A DNA stretch of 64,000 bases from a bacterium (GCA_019695305.1 JAIBAG010000013.1:6339-70338); one strand, 5' to 3'. Counted from the first letter of the stretch, positions 25,795 to 37,506 are shown. Notes: generated by a model not told the origin, from the sequence alone. Translations and numbers: made by a program.

Positions 25795-28434
25795 ATGACG
25801 CTTACAGGAAATGAAATTAGAGAAAAGTTTTTAAGTTACTTTGGATCCAAAAAGCACGCCCGTGTGGCTAGCGGAAGTTTGCTTCCCTTTAACGATCCCA
25901 CGCTCTTTTTTGTGAATGCAGGGATGGTGCCTTTTAAAGATCTTTTTTTAGGCTTGGAAAAACGCGATTATACCCGCGCTACCAGTTCTCAAAAGTGCAT
26001 GCGTGTTTCCGGTAAGCATAACGATTTGGAAAACGTAGGCCGTACCCCGCGCCATCACACCTTTTTTGAAATGCTCGGTAATTTTTCGTTTGGCGATTAT
26101 TTTAAAAAAGATGCCATTTCGTTTGCGTGGGAGTTTCTCACTCAAGTAATCAAATTACCTGCCGAACCTTTATGGATAACGGTGTTTCGCGAAGATGACG
26201 AGGCCGAAAAGTTATGGACGGAAGTGGCCGGTGTTCCCAAAAATAAAATTGTTCGTTTGGATGAAGCCGATAATTTTTGGTCGATGGGGCCCACAGGTCC
26301 TTGCGGCCCTTGCAGTGAAATTCATGTTGATCTCCAGTTGTATTGGGGCACAGGTAAATCGGCCGGTAATCCTGGAACACATCCCGATGATTTCATGGAA
26401 ATCTGGAACTTGGTTTTCATGCAATTTAACCGCGATGAAAGCGGCAAGATGACACCGCTTCCTAAGCCCTCTATTGATACCGGGATGGGGCTCGAACGTT
26501 TAGCCGCTGTGGTGCAAAAGAAGAAATCCAATTTCGAAACCGATTTGTTTTGGCCTGTGATGGAAGAAATTTTAAAAGTGGCCGGTAAAACTTATGGTAA
26601 TAATTCCGAAGACGATGTGTCGGTGCGTGTAATTGCCGATCACTTGCGCGCGATGACTTTTCTTATTTCCGACGGTGTGCAACCCGCTAACGAAGGAAGA
26701 GGTTATGTATTACGCCGCATCATGCGTCGCGCCATCCGCCATGGTAAAATGTTAGGGCTCACCAAACCGTTTATTTTTCAAATTGCCGATATTCTTATTG
26801 AGCAAATGAAGAGTGCTTATCCCGAACTTTCTAAAAACAAGTCGTTTATCCAAAAGGTAATTCAAAACGAAGAGCAGAGCTTTCTTCAAACCTTAGATAA
26901 AGGTTTGGCGATGATTGGTGAAGAGTTTGCGCGTCTCACAAAGGAGAAAGAAAAAACCTTAAGTGGCGAACTGGCTTTTAAACTTTACGATACTTTTGGT
27001 TTTCCTATCGATCTCACACAAATTATTTCGGAAGAAAAAGGTTTTGTGGTGGATATGGAAGGTTTTAGTAAAGCCATGGACGAGCAGAAGGAACGGGCCC
27101 GTGCCAATTGGAAGGGGTCAGGCGAAGCCAAAGTAGAAGCCATTTATCATGAGCTTGCTAGTCAAAATAAAAAAACTAAGTTTTTAGGTTACGAAACACT
27201 GAATGCCGATGCAACGGTTCTTACTCTCATTGCCGACGGGAAAGTAGCGAGTGAAGCTGGCGAGGGTGATTTGGTAGAAGTGCTTGTGGATCAAACGCCG
27301 TTTTACGGTGAAGGTGGCGGGCAGGTAGGCGATGTTGGGTTTATTGAAGCGCCTACCGGTAAGGTAGAAGTGATTGATACACAAAAGCCCGTGGATGGTA
27401 TTTTTGCGCATCGTGGAAAAGTAGTGGAAGGTAAAATTACCTCGGGCGCCAAAGTAAAAATGAAGGTTACCACGCCTACACGTCAGGCGATTATGAAAAA
27501 TCACACGGCTACGCACATTATGCATGCGGCGCTGCGCGAAATTTTGGGTGATCACGTTAAACAGGCGGGATCAGTTGTAAAGCCGGATTATCTACGTTTT
27601 GATTTTAGCCATTTTGAACCTGTATCGCGCGAACAACTTGAAAAAATTGAAAACCGTGTAAACGAAGTGATTTTGGCTAATTATCCCGTCACAAAAGAAG
27701 AGTTGGGATATAAAGAAGCGATTGCCAAAGGCGCGCTCGCGTTTTTTGGTGATAAGTATGGCGATAAAGTGCGCATGGTGCAGATTGGGCCTTATTCTAC
27801 CGAGCTTTGCGGTGGAACACATCTTAATGCCAGCGGTGAAATAGGATTATTTAAAATTACCTCTGAATCCTCGGTAGCCAGCGGTGTGCGTCGTATTGAA
27901 GCGGTCACTGGTTTTGGTGCGTTAAAAGAATTCCGTACAGCGACACATCGTTTAGGAGAGCTTGCCGAACTCGTTAAAGCTACGCCTCAAGAAATTGCGG
28001 GTCGTGTTAAAAAAATGAACGATAGAATTAAAGAGCTGAATAGTGAAATTGCAGCTCTTAAAACCAAGATGGCCAGTGGGGGCGGTGGTGGTAGTGATTA
28101 CATGGACAAAGTAGAAACCATCAACGGTGTAAAATTTTTAGCTTTTGAAACGGATATTGATGACCCCAAACTCTTGCGTGAGTTTTCAGATACCGTAAAA
28201 AATCGCCTGCAAAGTGGTATTGCCGTCATTGCTGCTAAAGCGGGTGATAAAGTTTCTCTCATTGTTACCGTGAGTAAAGATTTAGCCGATAAATATCACG
28301 CCGGTAAAATCATAGGCGAGGTCGCTCAAGTTGTAGGCGGCAAAGGTGGTGGTCGGCCCGATATGGCGCAAGCTGGCGGGAGTGATCCTTCCAAAATTAA
28401 CGAGGCCTTGGCTAAGGCTAAGTCTCTGATATAA
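25795..28434 (+). CDS. alaS: Alanine--tRNA ligase
   Basis: 879 aa. The N-terminus is MTLTGNEIREKFLSYFGSKKHARVASGSL. It has the class II aaRS core and a C-terminal DHHA1-like region. Confidence 0.95.
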   Translation: MTLTGNEIREKFLSYFGSKKHARVASGSLLPFNDPTLFFVNAGMVPFKDLFLGLEKRDYTRATSSQKCMRVSGKHNDLENVGRTPRHHTFFEMLGNFSFGDYFKKDAISFAWEFLTQVIKLPAEPLWITVFREDDEAEKLWTEVAGVPKNKIVRLDEADNFWSMGPTGPCGPCSEIHVDLQLYWGTGKSAGNPGTHPDDFMEIWNLVFMQFNRDESGKMTPLPKPSIDTGMGLERLAAVVQKKKSNFETDLFWPVMEEILKVAGKTYGNNSEDDVSVRVIADHLRAMTFLISDGVQPANEGRGYVLRRIMRRAIRHGKMLGLTKPFIFQIADILIEQMKSAYPELSKNKSFIQKVIQNEEQSFLQTLDKGLAMIGEEFARLTKEKEKTLSGELAFKLYDTFGFPIDLTQIISEEKGFVVDMEGFSKAMDEQKERARANWKGSGEAKVEAIYHELASQNKKTKFLGYETLNADATVLTLIADGKVASEAGEGDLVEVLVDQTPFYGEGGGQVGDVGFIEAPTGKVEVIDTQKPVDGIFAHRGKVVEGKITSGAKVKMKVTTPTRQAIMKNHTATHIMHAALREILGDHVKQAGSVVKPDYLRFDFSHFEPVSREQLEKIENRVNEVILANYPVTKEELGYKEAIAKGALAFFGDKYGDKVRMVQIGPYSTELCGGTHLNASGEIGLFKITSESSVASGVRRIEAVTGFGALKEFRTATHRLGELAELVKATPQEIAGRVKKMNDRIKELNSEIAALKTKMASGGGGGSDYMDKVETINGVKFLAFETDIDDPKLLREFSDTVKNRLQSGIAVIAAKAGDKVSLIVTVSKDLADKYHAGKIIGEVAQVVGGKGGGRPDMAQAGGSDPSKINEALAKAKSLI

Positions 28435-28589
28435 GTCTGTTGCTTTAACGAAAGCTCTCCATTATCATAAGTTTATGCAGGATTTCAAAAAAACTGTAGG
28501 TAAACCTTCCGAAGTAAGCCCTCTTGAACGCGTGTATCAGCTCAATTTATTCATTAAAAAATTAAACAAAAAAATTAATACCGAGCCCA

Positions 28590-28896
28590 ATGTTAAACCC
28601 ATTCGAAAAATTGTTGGTCGGCCTCACAAAGGCTAACATCGATTACATCACCGTTGGCGGTATGGCCTGTGTGATGAATGGCCATGTGCGTGCTACTGAA
28701 GATGTTGATATTTTGGTAAAACGTGATTTGTCTAATCTTCAAAAATTACTCTCGTTTCTTTCTTCTTATGGCAACTGATTTAAACGGTATATTGATTCCT
28801 TTCCTTAATGCCGATGGTCTCATTTTACTTAAATCGGGCTCTGTTCGGGAAAAAGATAAATTAGACGTTTTGCATCTCTCACAATTAAAAAGTTAA
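28590..28896 (+). pseudogene. Small pol-beta-superfamily (minimal nucleotidyltransferase-like) gene interrupted by a +1 frameshift near 28776
   Basis: Frame 0 gives MLNPFEKLLVGLTKANIDYITVGGMACVMNGHVRATEDVDILVKRD...SYGN* (the G[GS]x9-13DxD NTase motif). The protein continues in the +1 frame as ...TDLNGILIPFLNADGLILLKSGSVREKDKLDVLHLSQLKS* up to 28896. Confidence 0.4.
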
Positions 28897-28987
28897 TAAA
28901 ATTAAGCTCTTATGAGGATTTTCCGTTTTATTATTTTTTACCCATTTTTCTTATAATTCCCATCTTTCCCACACAACTTTTTAAAAG

Positions 28988-29000
28988 CTTTACCGATAAC
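28988..29000 (+). promoter_or_regulatory. Conserved 13-mer CTTTACCGATAAC (copy 1 of 3), 41 nt upstream of the lipoprotein gene ATG. It resembles a sigma-28/FliA -10 element (GCCGATAA).
   Basis: Near-identical 13-mers occur at 28988-29000, 29851-29863 and 54116-54128, each immediately upstream of a + strand gene. Confidence 0.4.
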
Positions 29001-29040
29001 ATACGCTCACGAGCTTTCTATTATAAATGGAGAATAAATT

Positions 29041-29814
29041 ATGAAATTTAAAATTTTTACAGCGCTTAGTTTAATGACTACCTTTATTGCTTGCGGCGGC
29101 GGTGGTGGTGGTAGTGTAGATACGATAGATTTTGATACTCTTACTACTACTCAATCATTTGATGTGATCGATAAAACCGGTGGGCCAGCTAGTGCCATCT
29201 ATTATTATTACACAAAAGCTGTCATCGATGCTGAAGATGGTGGATCGTCAGCTGGGGCCGATACTGGTGTGTCCATGGTTATTAGCCGTTCGGTACAAAC
29301 AAGTATTAAAAAATCTTTTACCAAAAGCGAAAGTTTGACGGTACCTATTAATGAAAGTTACACATGCGATAATGGTGGTACGGTGAAGGTGACGGGTACG
29401 CTTAGGGGTGTTGGTGGTAGTAGCGGCGTAAAGGTTACAGGAAACTTATCTATGATGATGTCGGGTTGTGATGTTGATTTTGAATACGATAATTGTACCG
29501 ATCATGCCCGTATTAGCGGTTCGTCAAGTTTAGCCGTGAGTGAAAACTACGATGCTTATGGTTATTTTACGAGTGGCATCTCTAAACTGAGCGCTAGCAA
29601 TTTAACGGTAACAAAATCGGGTACTACTTATTCGTTGGGAATGAATCTTACTTTAGACGAAGACGAAGGTAGTGTAGATGGTTTTTATACCTATGACGGC
29701 GATAATTACGATGCTAACGAATTGGATATGGCCTCTAGCAGTTATAGCGATGAAGAAGTATGTGACACACTGGGATTAAGTGCCCCAGAAGGTGATGTTA
29801 ACGTAGACTTTTGA
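29041..29814 (+). CDS. Hypothetical lipoprotein (lipobox FIAC followed by a Gly run)
   Basis: The sequence begins MKFKIFTALSLMTTFIACGGGGGGS. An RBS (GGAG) precedes the ATG. Confidence 0.55.
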   Translation: MKFKIFTALSLMTTFIACGGGGGGSVDTIDFDTLTTTQSFDVIDKTGGPASAIYYYYTKAVIDAEDGGSSAGADTGVSMVISRSVQTSIKKSFTKSESLTVPINESYTCDNGGTVKVTGTLRGVGGSSGVKVTGNLSMMMSGCDVDFEYDNCTDHARISGSSSLAVSENYDAYGYFTSGISKLSASNLTVTKSGTTYSLGMNLTLDEDEGSVDGFYTYDGDNYDANELDMASSSYSDEEVCDTLGLSAPEGDVNVDF

Positions 29815-29850
29815 TTTTATTAAGAATTTACATCAGCAACTTTTCCCGTT

Positions 29851-29863
29851 CTTTACCGATAAC
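29851..29863 (+). promoter_or_regulatory. Conserved 13-mer CTTTACCGATAAC (copy 2), ending only 7 nt before the annotated ATG of the 29870 ORF
   Basis: Read directly from the sequence. It implies either a leaderless transcript or a downstream true start. Confidence 0.35.
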
Positions 29864-29869
29864 TAAGGT

Positions 29870-30736
29870 ATGGGCGACGTTACACCAGTATCACCATATC
29901 CGGGATCTGACCAAACAAGACAAGCGGATGATTTCTCCATCAATAGCTGCGATGAATCGCTTTTTATTAATGCATTAGGTAAAGACTCATTTATTTGCAT
30001 TGAAGGCACTCGCTTCAATTGTGTTCGTGTACAAGTGCAGGCTTTAGCTCTTTTAGATGGTGGTGCTCACGTAGCTCATCTTGTTCCACAACTTGTTCAA
30101 AACGCCCTCATGTATCCAAATAAAAATGAATATACTTATGCTTTAGCAGCCTTGTTATATCCTACGGCCGATAAATTATTTGTAGAGTCGGCGCAAACGC
30201 AGATACAGGGAGGCTTTAATCGTTTAAAAGAGGGGAACCCAGAAACGGTGATTGCTGTTTTATCAAACTTACCCGGTGGGGATGTAGCCCTTTGGAATTT
30301 ATTTACACATCCCGATCATGTTCCTCTTAAAGCAAAAGTTGATTTATTTGATTATTTTTTAAGAGTAAACGATCAGCATTTACGTGAAGAAGATAAAAAA
30401 TTATTTTATACACTTACCGATAGTACAAAAACACCCCAAGAACGTATTGCAGCACTGCAAAAAATTCCTTTCGATTTTAGCACTCATTACGGACAAAAAA
30501 ATTATTTGCTGCTTTTGTGGCTTGCCTATAATGGAACAACAAAGGGAGATTTCCCGCCTTCCATTCAGCAGGCGATTGCGCCTTATCTGACATCCTTTCA
30601 GGCTCCTTCTCTTTTTAACCCCGAAATGGTTTTTGCTTTTGGGGCACCTAATTTGTATCGTGACCGCCTGGCGGAAAGTATGTCTTTAGAAGCAATTTTT
30701 AGCAGGATTCGATCATATCAATTAAGTTCAAATTAA
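29870..30736 (+). CDS. Hypothetical protein
   Basis: 288-aa ORF with no recognisable family. The start is uncertain (see the motif placement above). Confidence 0.45.
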   Translation: MGDVTPVSPYPGSDQTRQADDFSINSCDESLFINALGKDSFICIEGTRFNCVRVQVQALALLDGGAHVAHLVPQLVQNALMYPNKNEYTYALAALLYPTADKLFVESAQTQIQGGFNRLKEGNPETVIAVLSNLPGGDVALWNLFTHPDHVPLKAKVDLFDYFLRVNDQHLREEDKKLFYTLTDSTKTPQERIAALQKIPFDFSTHYGQKNYLLLLWLAYNGTTKGDFPPSIQQAIAPYLTSFQAPSLFNPEMVFAFGAPNLYRDRLAESMSLEAIFSRIRSYQLSSN

Positions 30737-30765
30737 TCCTTCCCAAAACGGATTTCCCATCTTAA

Positions 30766-32291
<1,526 letters not shown>

Positions 32292-32292
32292 T

Positions 32293-34014
32293 ATGAACTC
32301 AACCTGGAAATGGAAAACCTGGGGAACCGTATTTGCCGTAATCTTATCGGTTTACCTCTTGGTACCAACCTTGTTTAATTTTAAAACTCGTTTTCCGGAT
32401 GCCGATAAAAAACCGGCATGGGCCAAGTTGTTTCCGGAAAAATCCATCAATTTGGGTCTCGATTTAAGAGGGGGCCTTTATTTGGAAATGTTGATTGCTG
32501 TAGACGAAGCCATCGATAACCGTATCGATATTTTAACTCTCGAAATTGAACGCCAATCTAAAGATAAAATTGAACCGGTAAAAGTTAACAGCTTTAAAGG
32601 TGAAAAAAGAGCAACGCTTGAATTTCCCGCTGCTAAAGCTTCCGAAATGGATGCTCTTTTAAAAGAAAACTTTAATGATGTGTTTTCTATAGCAAGGGGA
32701 GAAGCTCCCGATACCAACACCACGGTTTATAATTTAACGCTTACCAAAAAATACGAAAAATATATTACCGACAACACTCTTAAGCAGGCTGTAGAATCGG
32801 TGCGTAATCGTATCGATCGTTATGGAGTTTCGGAAGCTTCTATTATACAACAGGGCAGCGATCGTCTTATTGTGGAGTTACCCGGTATTGACGATCCTAC
32901 TCGTGTTATTGACCTCATTCGCAAAACAGCTCTTTTAGAATTTAAGATGGTGGACGATAGCTTGGGCGACGGATTAGCAGGTCTTGTTGCTAAGGCCCGT
33001 GAAGAAGCAGGAATAAAAGAAGGTTATACTAAAGAGGATGTTGATAAAATTAATGTGCAATTAAAAGGCAAAATTCCTGAGGGAACCGAAGTGGTGTTTG
33101 AATTACGTCGCGATCCGGTTACCAAAGAAATTATTGGTGGTGCTCCACTTCTTTTAAAAACACGCGCTGAGGTAACAGGCGATATGTTGCGTAATGCCCA
33201 GGTGGGAGTAAACAACAACGAGCCTCATGTGTCGCTATCGTTTAACAAGGTGGGAACAACTAATTTTGGAGAACTTACAAAAAAGAACGTGGGTAAAAGG
33301 CTTGCTATTGTTTTAGATGGTGTTGTTTTTTCGGCACCCGTTATTCAAACGGCCATTATGAATGGTGAGGCTCAAATTACTCTGGGCTATGGCGATTATC
33401 AAAACCTGCTTAAAGAAGCCGATGATTTAGCCTTGGTTTTACGTGAAGGCGCTTTGCCGGCCACTCTTACTGTAGCCAGTAAAACGGTAGTGGGCCCGTC
33501 GCTTGGGCTCGATTCCATTAATCAGGGTATGATGTCGGTTGTAGTGGCTACTGTAGTTATCATTATATTCATGGTGTTGTATTACAAACTGGGCGGTATT
33601 GTTTCTACCGTAGGTTTGGTGCTTAACATGATTTTTATTTTGGCTATCATGGCACTTCTTCAGGCTTCGTTAACCCTTCCTGGTATTGCCGGGATTGTGC
33701 TTACTTTGGGGATGGCGGTGGATGCCAATATTATTATTTTTGAGCGCATGCGCGAAGAAATACGCGCCGATCGCTCGGCACGCGCCATTATTGAAAACGG
33801 TTACGGTCATGCGATGTCGGCCATTATCGATTCGAACGTGACAACGCTTATTGCTGGTGTGGTGTTGTATCAGTTTGGTACGGGTTCTATTAAGGGTTTT
33901 GCCACAACCCTCATGATTGGAATTGTGACCACTATGTTTACAGCTATTACGGTGACACGTTTAATTTACGATTATTATGTGCATGTTAAAAAGGTAAAGC
34001 AGATTACTATATAG
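32293..34014 (+). CDS. secD: Protein translocase subunit SecD
   Basis: 573 aa. It has an N-terminal TM, a large periplasmic domain and a C-terminal six-TM SecD core (LGLD...GIAGIVLTLGMAVDANIIIFERMREE). Confidence 0.92.
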   Translation: MNSTWKWKTWGTVFAVILSVYLLVPTLFNFKTRFPDADKKPAWAKLFPEKSINLGLDLRGGLYLEMLIAVDEAIDNRIDILTLEIERQSKDKIEPVKVNSFKGEKRATLEFPAAKASEMDALLKENFNDVFSIARGEAPDTNTTVYNLTLTKKYEKYITDNTLKQAVESVRNRIDRYGVSEASIIQQGSDRLIVELPGIDDPTRVIDLIRKTALLEFKMVDDSLGDGLAGLVAKAREEAGIKEGYTKEDVDKINVQLKGKIPEGTEVVFELRRDPVTKEIIGGAPLLLKTRAEVTGDMLRNAQVGVNNNEPHVSLSFNKVGTTNFGELTKKNVGKRLAIVLDGVVFSAPVIQTAIMNGEAQITLGYGDYQNLLKEADDLALVLREGALPATLTVASKTVVGPSLGLDSINQGMMSVVVATVVIIIFMVLYYKLGGIVSTVGLVLNMIFILAIMALLQASLTLPGIAGIVLTLGMAVDANIIIFERMREEIRADRSARAIIENGYGHAMSAIIDSNVTTLIAGVVLYQFGTGSIKGFATTLMIGIVTTMFTAITVTRLIYDYYVHVKKVKQITI

Positions 34015-34022
34015 GTTCTAAT

Positions 34023-34970
34023 ATGAAACAAATTACTATTCCTCCATCTACTACCAAGTTCCATTTTCCGTTCATGCAGTTTAGGAACTATTTTATGGTG
34101 TTATCGCTTGTTTTTGTGATTTTGGGTGTGTACGCCATGGTAAATAAGGGCTTTAATTATGGTATCGACTTTATGGGGGGTGTGAAGCTGGTCTATAAAT
34201 TTTCAAATCCTATTGGCGATTCCGATATTAGAAGGGCTCTTGAAAAAATAAATTTGGCCGATGCCGAAGTGGTGCGTTTTGGCGATGCTAAAGATAATTC
34301 TTACCTCATTAAAGTGAGAACGCTTGAAAATAAAGATACAGCCAAGGAAGTTACCGATAAATTAACCCAAGAGTTATCCACCCAAAAAATCACTTTGTTA
34401 TCGGAAGAAACAGTGGGGCCTAAAGTAGGAGCCGAGTTAAGGCAAAAGGGATTGATGGCTGTCGTGTTATCGTTGGCGCTTATTTTGGTGTATATTGGCT
34501 GGCGTTTTGATTTCTTATTCTCACCCGGCGCTATTGCGGCTTTGGCTCACGATACTATTTTTGCGCTTGGTCTTTTTGTATTTTTAGGAAAAGAATTTAA
34601 CCTTACTATTTTAACGGCGGTGTTAACGCTTATTGGTTATTCTAATAATGACACCATTATTATTTATGATCGTGTGCGCGAAAATTTGAAAAAACTGCCA
34701 GCGGGCGTTCCTTTAGTAGATATTATTGACCGTTCTCTTAATGAAACTTTGTCACGTTCTATTATTACCCACTTAACTGTTTTGTTTTCCATGATTGTGC
34801 TTTTTATTTTTGGTGGTGGAGTTATACACGACTTTGCTTTTTTTATGATTATTGGTGTTATTGTGGGAAGTTATTCGTCTATGTTTATTGCGTCTCCCAT
34901 CTATTTATGGATGCAAAAACTATTTCCCCACAAGGGGCTTTTGGCGGATGCTAGCCGTTATAAAAAATGA
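34023..34970 (+). CDS. secF: Protein translocase subunit SecF
   Basis: 315 aa. It has the SecF TM core (GYSNNDTIIIYDRVREN). It is adjacent to and co-oriented with secD. Confidence 0.92.
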   Translation: MKQITIPPSTTKFHFPFMQFRNYFMVLSLVFVILGVYAMVNKGFNYGIDFMGGVKLVYKFSNPIGDSDIRRALEKINLADAEVVRFGDAKDNSYLIKVRTLENKDTAKEVTDKLTQELSTQKITLLSEETVGPKVGAELRQKGLMAVVLSLALILVYIGWRFDFLFSPGAIAALAHDTIFALGLFVFLGKEFNLTILTAVLTLIGYSNNDTIIIYDRVRENLKKLPAGVPLVDIIDRSLNETLSRSIITHLTVLFSMIVLFIFGGGVIHDFAFFMIIGVIVGSYSSMFIASPIYLWMQKLFPHKGLLADASRYKK

Positions 34971-36697
34971 CCAAGGAATGGTTTATAAAACCTGCCTCCG
35001 ATACCCTCATTCACAATCTTGTTCATAACCTTCATATTAGCCCTCTTTTAGCTAGGCTTTTTGTTAATCGTGGGCTTACTACGCCCGATGCAGTGGATGC
35101 TTTTTTAAATTCTAATTTATCCCACTTGCCTAACCCGTTTTTATTAAAGGATATGGATAAAGCCGTTTTGCGTATTGTGCAGGCCATTTATAAAAAGGAA
35201 AAAATTGTTATTTACGGCGATTACGATGTGGATGGGACGGTATCTACCAGTTTGTTATGGCATTTTTTTAACGAGTTAGGACATCCGGTTTCTTTTTATG
35301 TGCCGCACCGTGTGCGGGAAGGGTATTCACTTAACAATGCGGCACTCCAAAAATTAAAAGAAGAAGGCGCCGGTTTAGTGATTACCGTTGATAACGCTAT
35401 TGCAGCACATGGCGCCATTGATTTTGCAAACACATTAAATCTCGATGTGATTATAACCGATCATCACGAGGTCCCACCAAGCATTCCGCAGGCCTTGGCG
35501 GTAGTGAATCCACAACGGCGCGACTGTGATTATCCGGCTAAAGAAATTTGTGGAGCGGGTGTTGCCTATAATCTGATGATGGCGCTTCGCATGAGGCTAA
35601 GGGAGGAAGGCTATTTTAAAGAGAGGCACGAGCCAAACTTAAGAAAGTATCTCGATTTGGTAGCGCTAGCTACGGTAGCCGATGTAATGCCTTTAATGGG
35701 TGTAAACCGCATTTTTGTACGTTACGGCATGGAGCAAATGGCCCGTACCGAATGGAAAGGGCTTAAAGCCCTTATGGATGTGGCTAAAGTGAGCGTTCCA
35801 GTAGATGCTCAGGCTCTTGGGTTTTATTTGGGGCCACGGCTTAATGCTTGTGGGCGTTTATATGAGGCTTCTACCGGTGTAAAAATGCTGATTAGTAGGG
35901 ATGAAGCCGAAGCCAGAAGATTAGCCAGTGAGCTAGACAAGGCTAATTTTGAACGTCGTGAAATTGAAAAGGGGATTGTGGCTGAGGCTATGGCCATGTA
36001 CGAAAGTGATACTGTCTATCAAAAGCGGTCGGCTGTGGTTCTTTTTTCACAAAACTGGCATCCGGGTGTGGTTGGAATTGTAGCTAGTCGTCTGATGAAC
36101 AAATATCAAAAACCCTTTATAGTTATGGCACCCGATACTGTGGGTGGTGATCATTTAAAAGGATCGGCTCGGTCTTTTGGTGGTATCAATATTACGGAGT
36201 CTATCCGGGCTTGTGGAGATTTGGTTTTAAAGTGCGGTGGTCACATGGCAGCTAGTGGGTTGACGATTACGGCTAAAAATAAAGCGTTGTTTGAGGAAAA
36301 GCTGGATCAGATTGTGTTTAATAAAAATAAGGAAAACCCGCCTCAGGTGGGGCTTGCCTTAGATGGCGAATTGTCTTTGTCGGAAATGACGCTTGCGTTT
36401 TGGAATGAGCTTAATCGTTTAGCCCCCTTTGGTAACGGTAACCCCGAACCTGTTTTTAGTGCCCGTGGACTAGTTCCGCAGGAAGCGCGCGTGGTGGGAG
36501 AGAAGCACCTCAAATTAAAATTTAAGGAAAAAGATAAACCATTTTTTTATGGCGCTATTGCTTTTGGAAAGGCCGAAGCGCTTCCCTTGTTAGCTCCTTT
36601 TATGGATGTAGCCTTCCATTGCCAAAAAAATACCTTTAACAATCGCACTTCTATTGAGCTTAAAGTTATTGATTTTAAAACACGTATAAGTATTTGA
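34967..36697 (+). CDS. recJ: Single-stranded-DNA-specific exonuclease RecJ
   Basis: 576 aa. It has the DHH family motifs (IYGDYDVDG; DHH at ITDHHEV) and a DHHA1 domain. Confidence 0.9.
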   Translation: MTKEWFIKPASDTLIHNLVHNLHISPLLARLFVNRGLTTPDAVDAFLNSNLSHLPNPFLLKDMDKAVLRIVQAIYKKEKIVIYGDYDVDGTVSTSLLWHFFNELGHPVSFYVPHRVREGYSLNNAALQKLKEEGAGLVITVDNAIAAHGAIDFANTLNLDVIITDHHEVPPSIPQALAVVNPQRRDCDYPAKEICGAGVAYNLMMALRMRLREEGYFKERHEPNLRKYLDLVALATVADVMPLMGVNRIFVRYGMEQMARTEWKGLKALMDVAKVSVPVDAQALGFYLGPRLNACGRLYEASTGVKMLISRDEAEARRLASELDKANFERREIEKGIVAEAMAMYESDTVYQKRSAVVLFSQNWHPGVVGIVASRLMNKYQKPFIVMAPDTVGGDHLKGSARSFGGINITESIRACGDLVLKCGGHMAASGLTITAKNKALFEEKLDQIVFNKNKENPPQVGLALDGELSLSEMTLAFWNELNRLAPFGNGNPEPVFSARGLVPQEARVVGEKHLKLKFKEKDKPFFYGAIAFGKAEALPLLAPFMDVAFHCQKNTFNNRTSIELKVIDFKTRISI

Positions 36698-36906
36698 TAA
36701 ATATATATTTATTAATTAACTTTAAACGTCTTTCCCATTCTATTAGTTTTTCCTGTCTTAAGATATTATCAGTTGTATACACAAAATTATGCAATGCGTT
36801 AATTTATGGTTGACAATCTTTGACGCAACGTGTTACCCGTAATTCCGCTGGGGGGGAAATTTAATAACAGGGGAATTATCCCCCAAATCATTTAGAGGAG
36901 TAATTT

Positions 36907-37416
36907 ATGGCAAAAAGAAACATTAAGACTGATTTTTTTAAAGAACGTTTAACTCAAGTGAATAAGGTTTTGGAAAAGCTGGAAGGCGAAGTAGAAAAAG
37001 CCGTCGAACGCTTGATGAAGCGTGGTGAAAAATCGAGCAAGGTTATCCGTAAAAACTTGGATGAAGTTTTAAACAAGTTGGGCGGATTAGATATTTATTC
37101 TAAAGCCAGCGAAAAGAAGGACGAATTAACCGCTGAACTTAAAACCTTGGCCGATGATGTAGTAGCCAAGCTTAAAAAGTTTGACCTTAAAGCTGCTAAC
37201 ACTGTTTTAAAAGAAGTGCGTGGCAATATTGATCAAATTATCGACAAATTACAAGATTCCAACATTGTGGAATTTGCTAAAGACAAAGCTTTAAGTACCA
37301 AAAAGCAAGTACTTCAGGTTTTAAGCATTCCTTCTCAAGAAGAAGTAGACGCTTTAAACCGTAAAGTGGTGAATTTGGAAAAGAAGTTAAAAACCATCAC
37401 CAAGAAGGCTGCTTAA
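36907..37416 (+). CDS. Phasin-family (PHA granule-associated) protein (tentative). It is a coiled-coil protein.
   Basis: 169-aa alpha-helical protein. The C-terminal SIPSQEEVDALNRKVVNLEKKL resembles the TIGR01837 phasin motif. It is monocistronic, with a terminator downstream. Confidence 0.4.
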   Translation: MAKRNIKTDFFKERLTQVNKVLEKLEGEVEKAVERLMKRGEKSSKVIRKNLDEVLNKLGGLDIYSKASEKKDELTAELKTLADDVVAKLKKFDLKAANTVLKEVRGNIDQIIDKLQDSNIVEFAKDKALSTKKQVLQVLSIPSQEEVDALNRKVVNLEKKLKTITKKAA

Positions 37417-37443
37417 CCTATAACAAGCTACCTCCCTCTAAAA

Positions 37444-37490
37444 AGGCCTGTAAGGCGTACGAAAGTGCGACTTGCGGGCCTTGTTTTTTT
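37444..37490 (+). terminator. Rho-independent terminator (AGGCC...GGCCT stem + T8)
   Basis: aaaaAGGCCtgtaaggcgtacgaaagtgcgacttgcgGGCCTtgtttttttt. Confidence 0.6.
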
Positions 37491-37506
37491 TCTGTATGAA
37501 TAAATA

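Noticed and set aside
26195-26452. Short ORFs on both strands within alaS and within the 21742-25668 gene
   Set aside because: They are embedded in long, well-supported coding regions.
28988-29000. Firm assignment of the 13-mer as a sigma-28 promoter
   Set aside because: The GCCGATAA-like -10 is present, but no TAAA -35 sits at the canonical 15-nt spacing, and no fliA gene is in the window. The motif is kept as a low-confidence regulatory site only.
36809-36841. Sigma-70 promoter for the phasin-like gene (TTGACA at 36809-36814)
   Set aside because: The -35 is perfect, but no acceptable -10 lies at 16-19 bp spacing. It is too weak to annotate.
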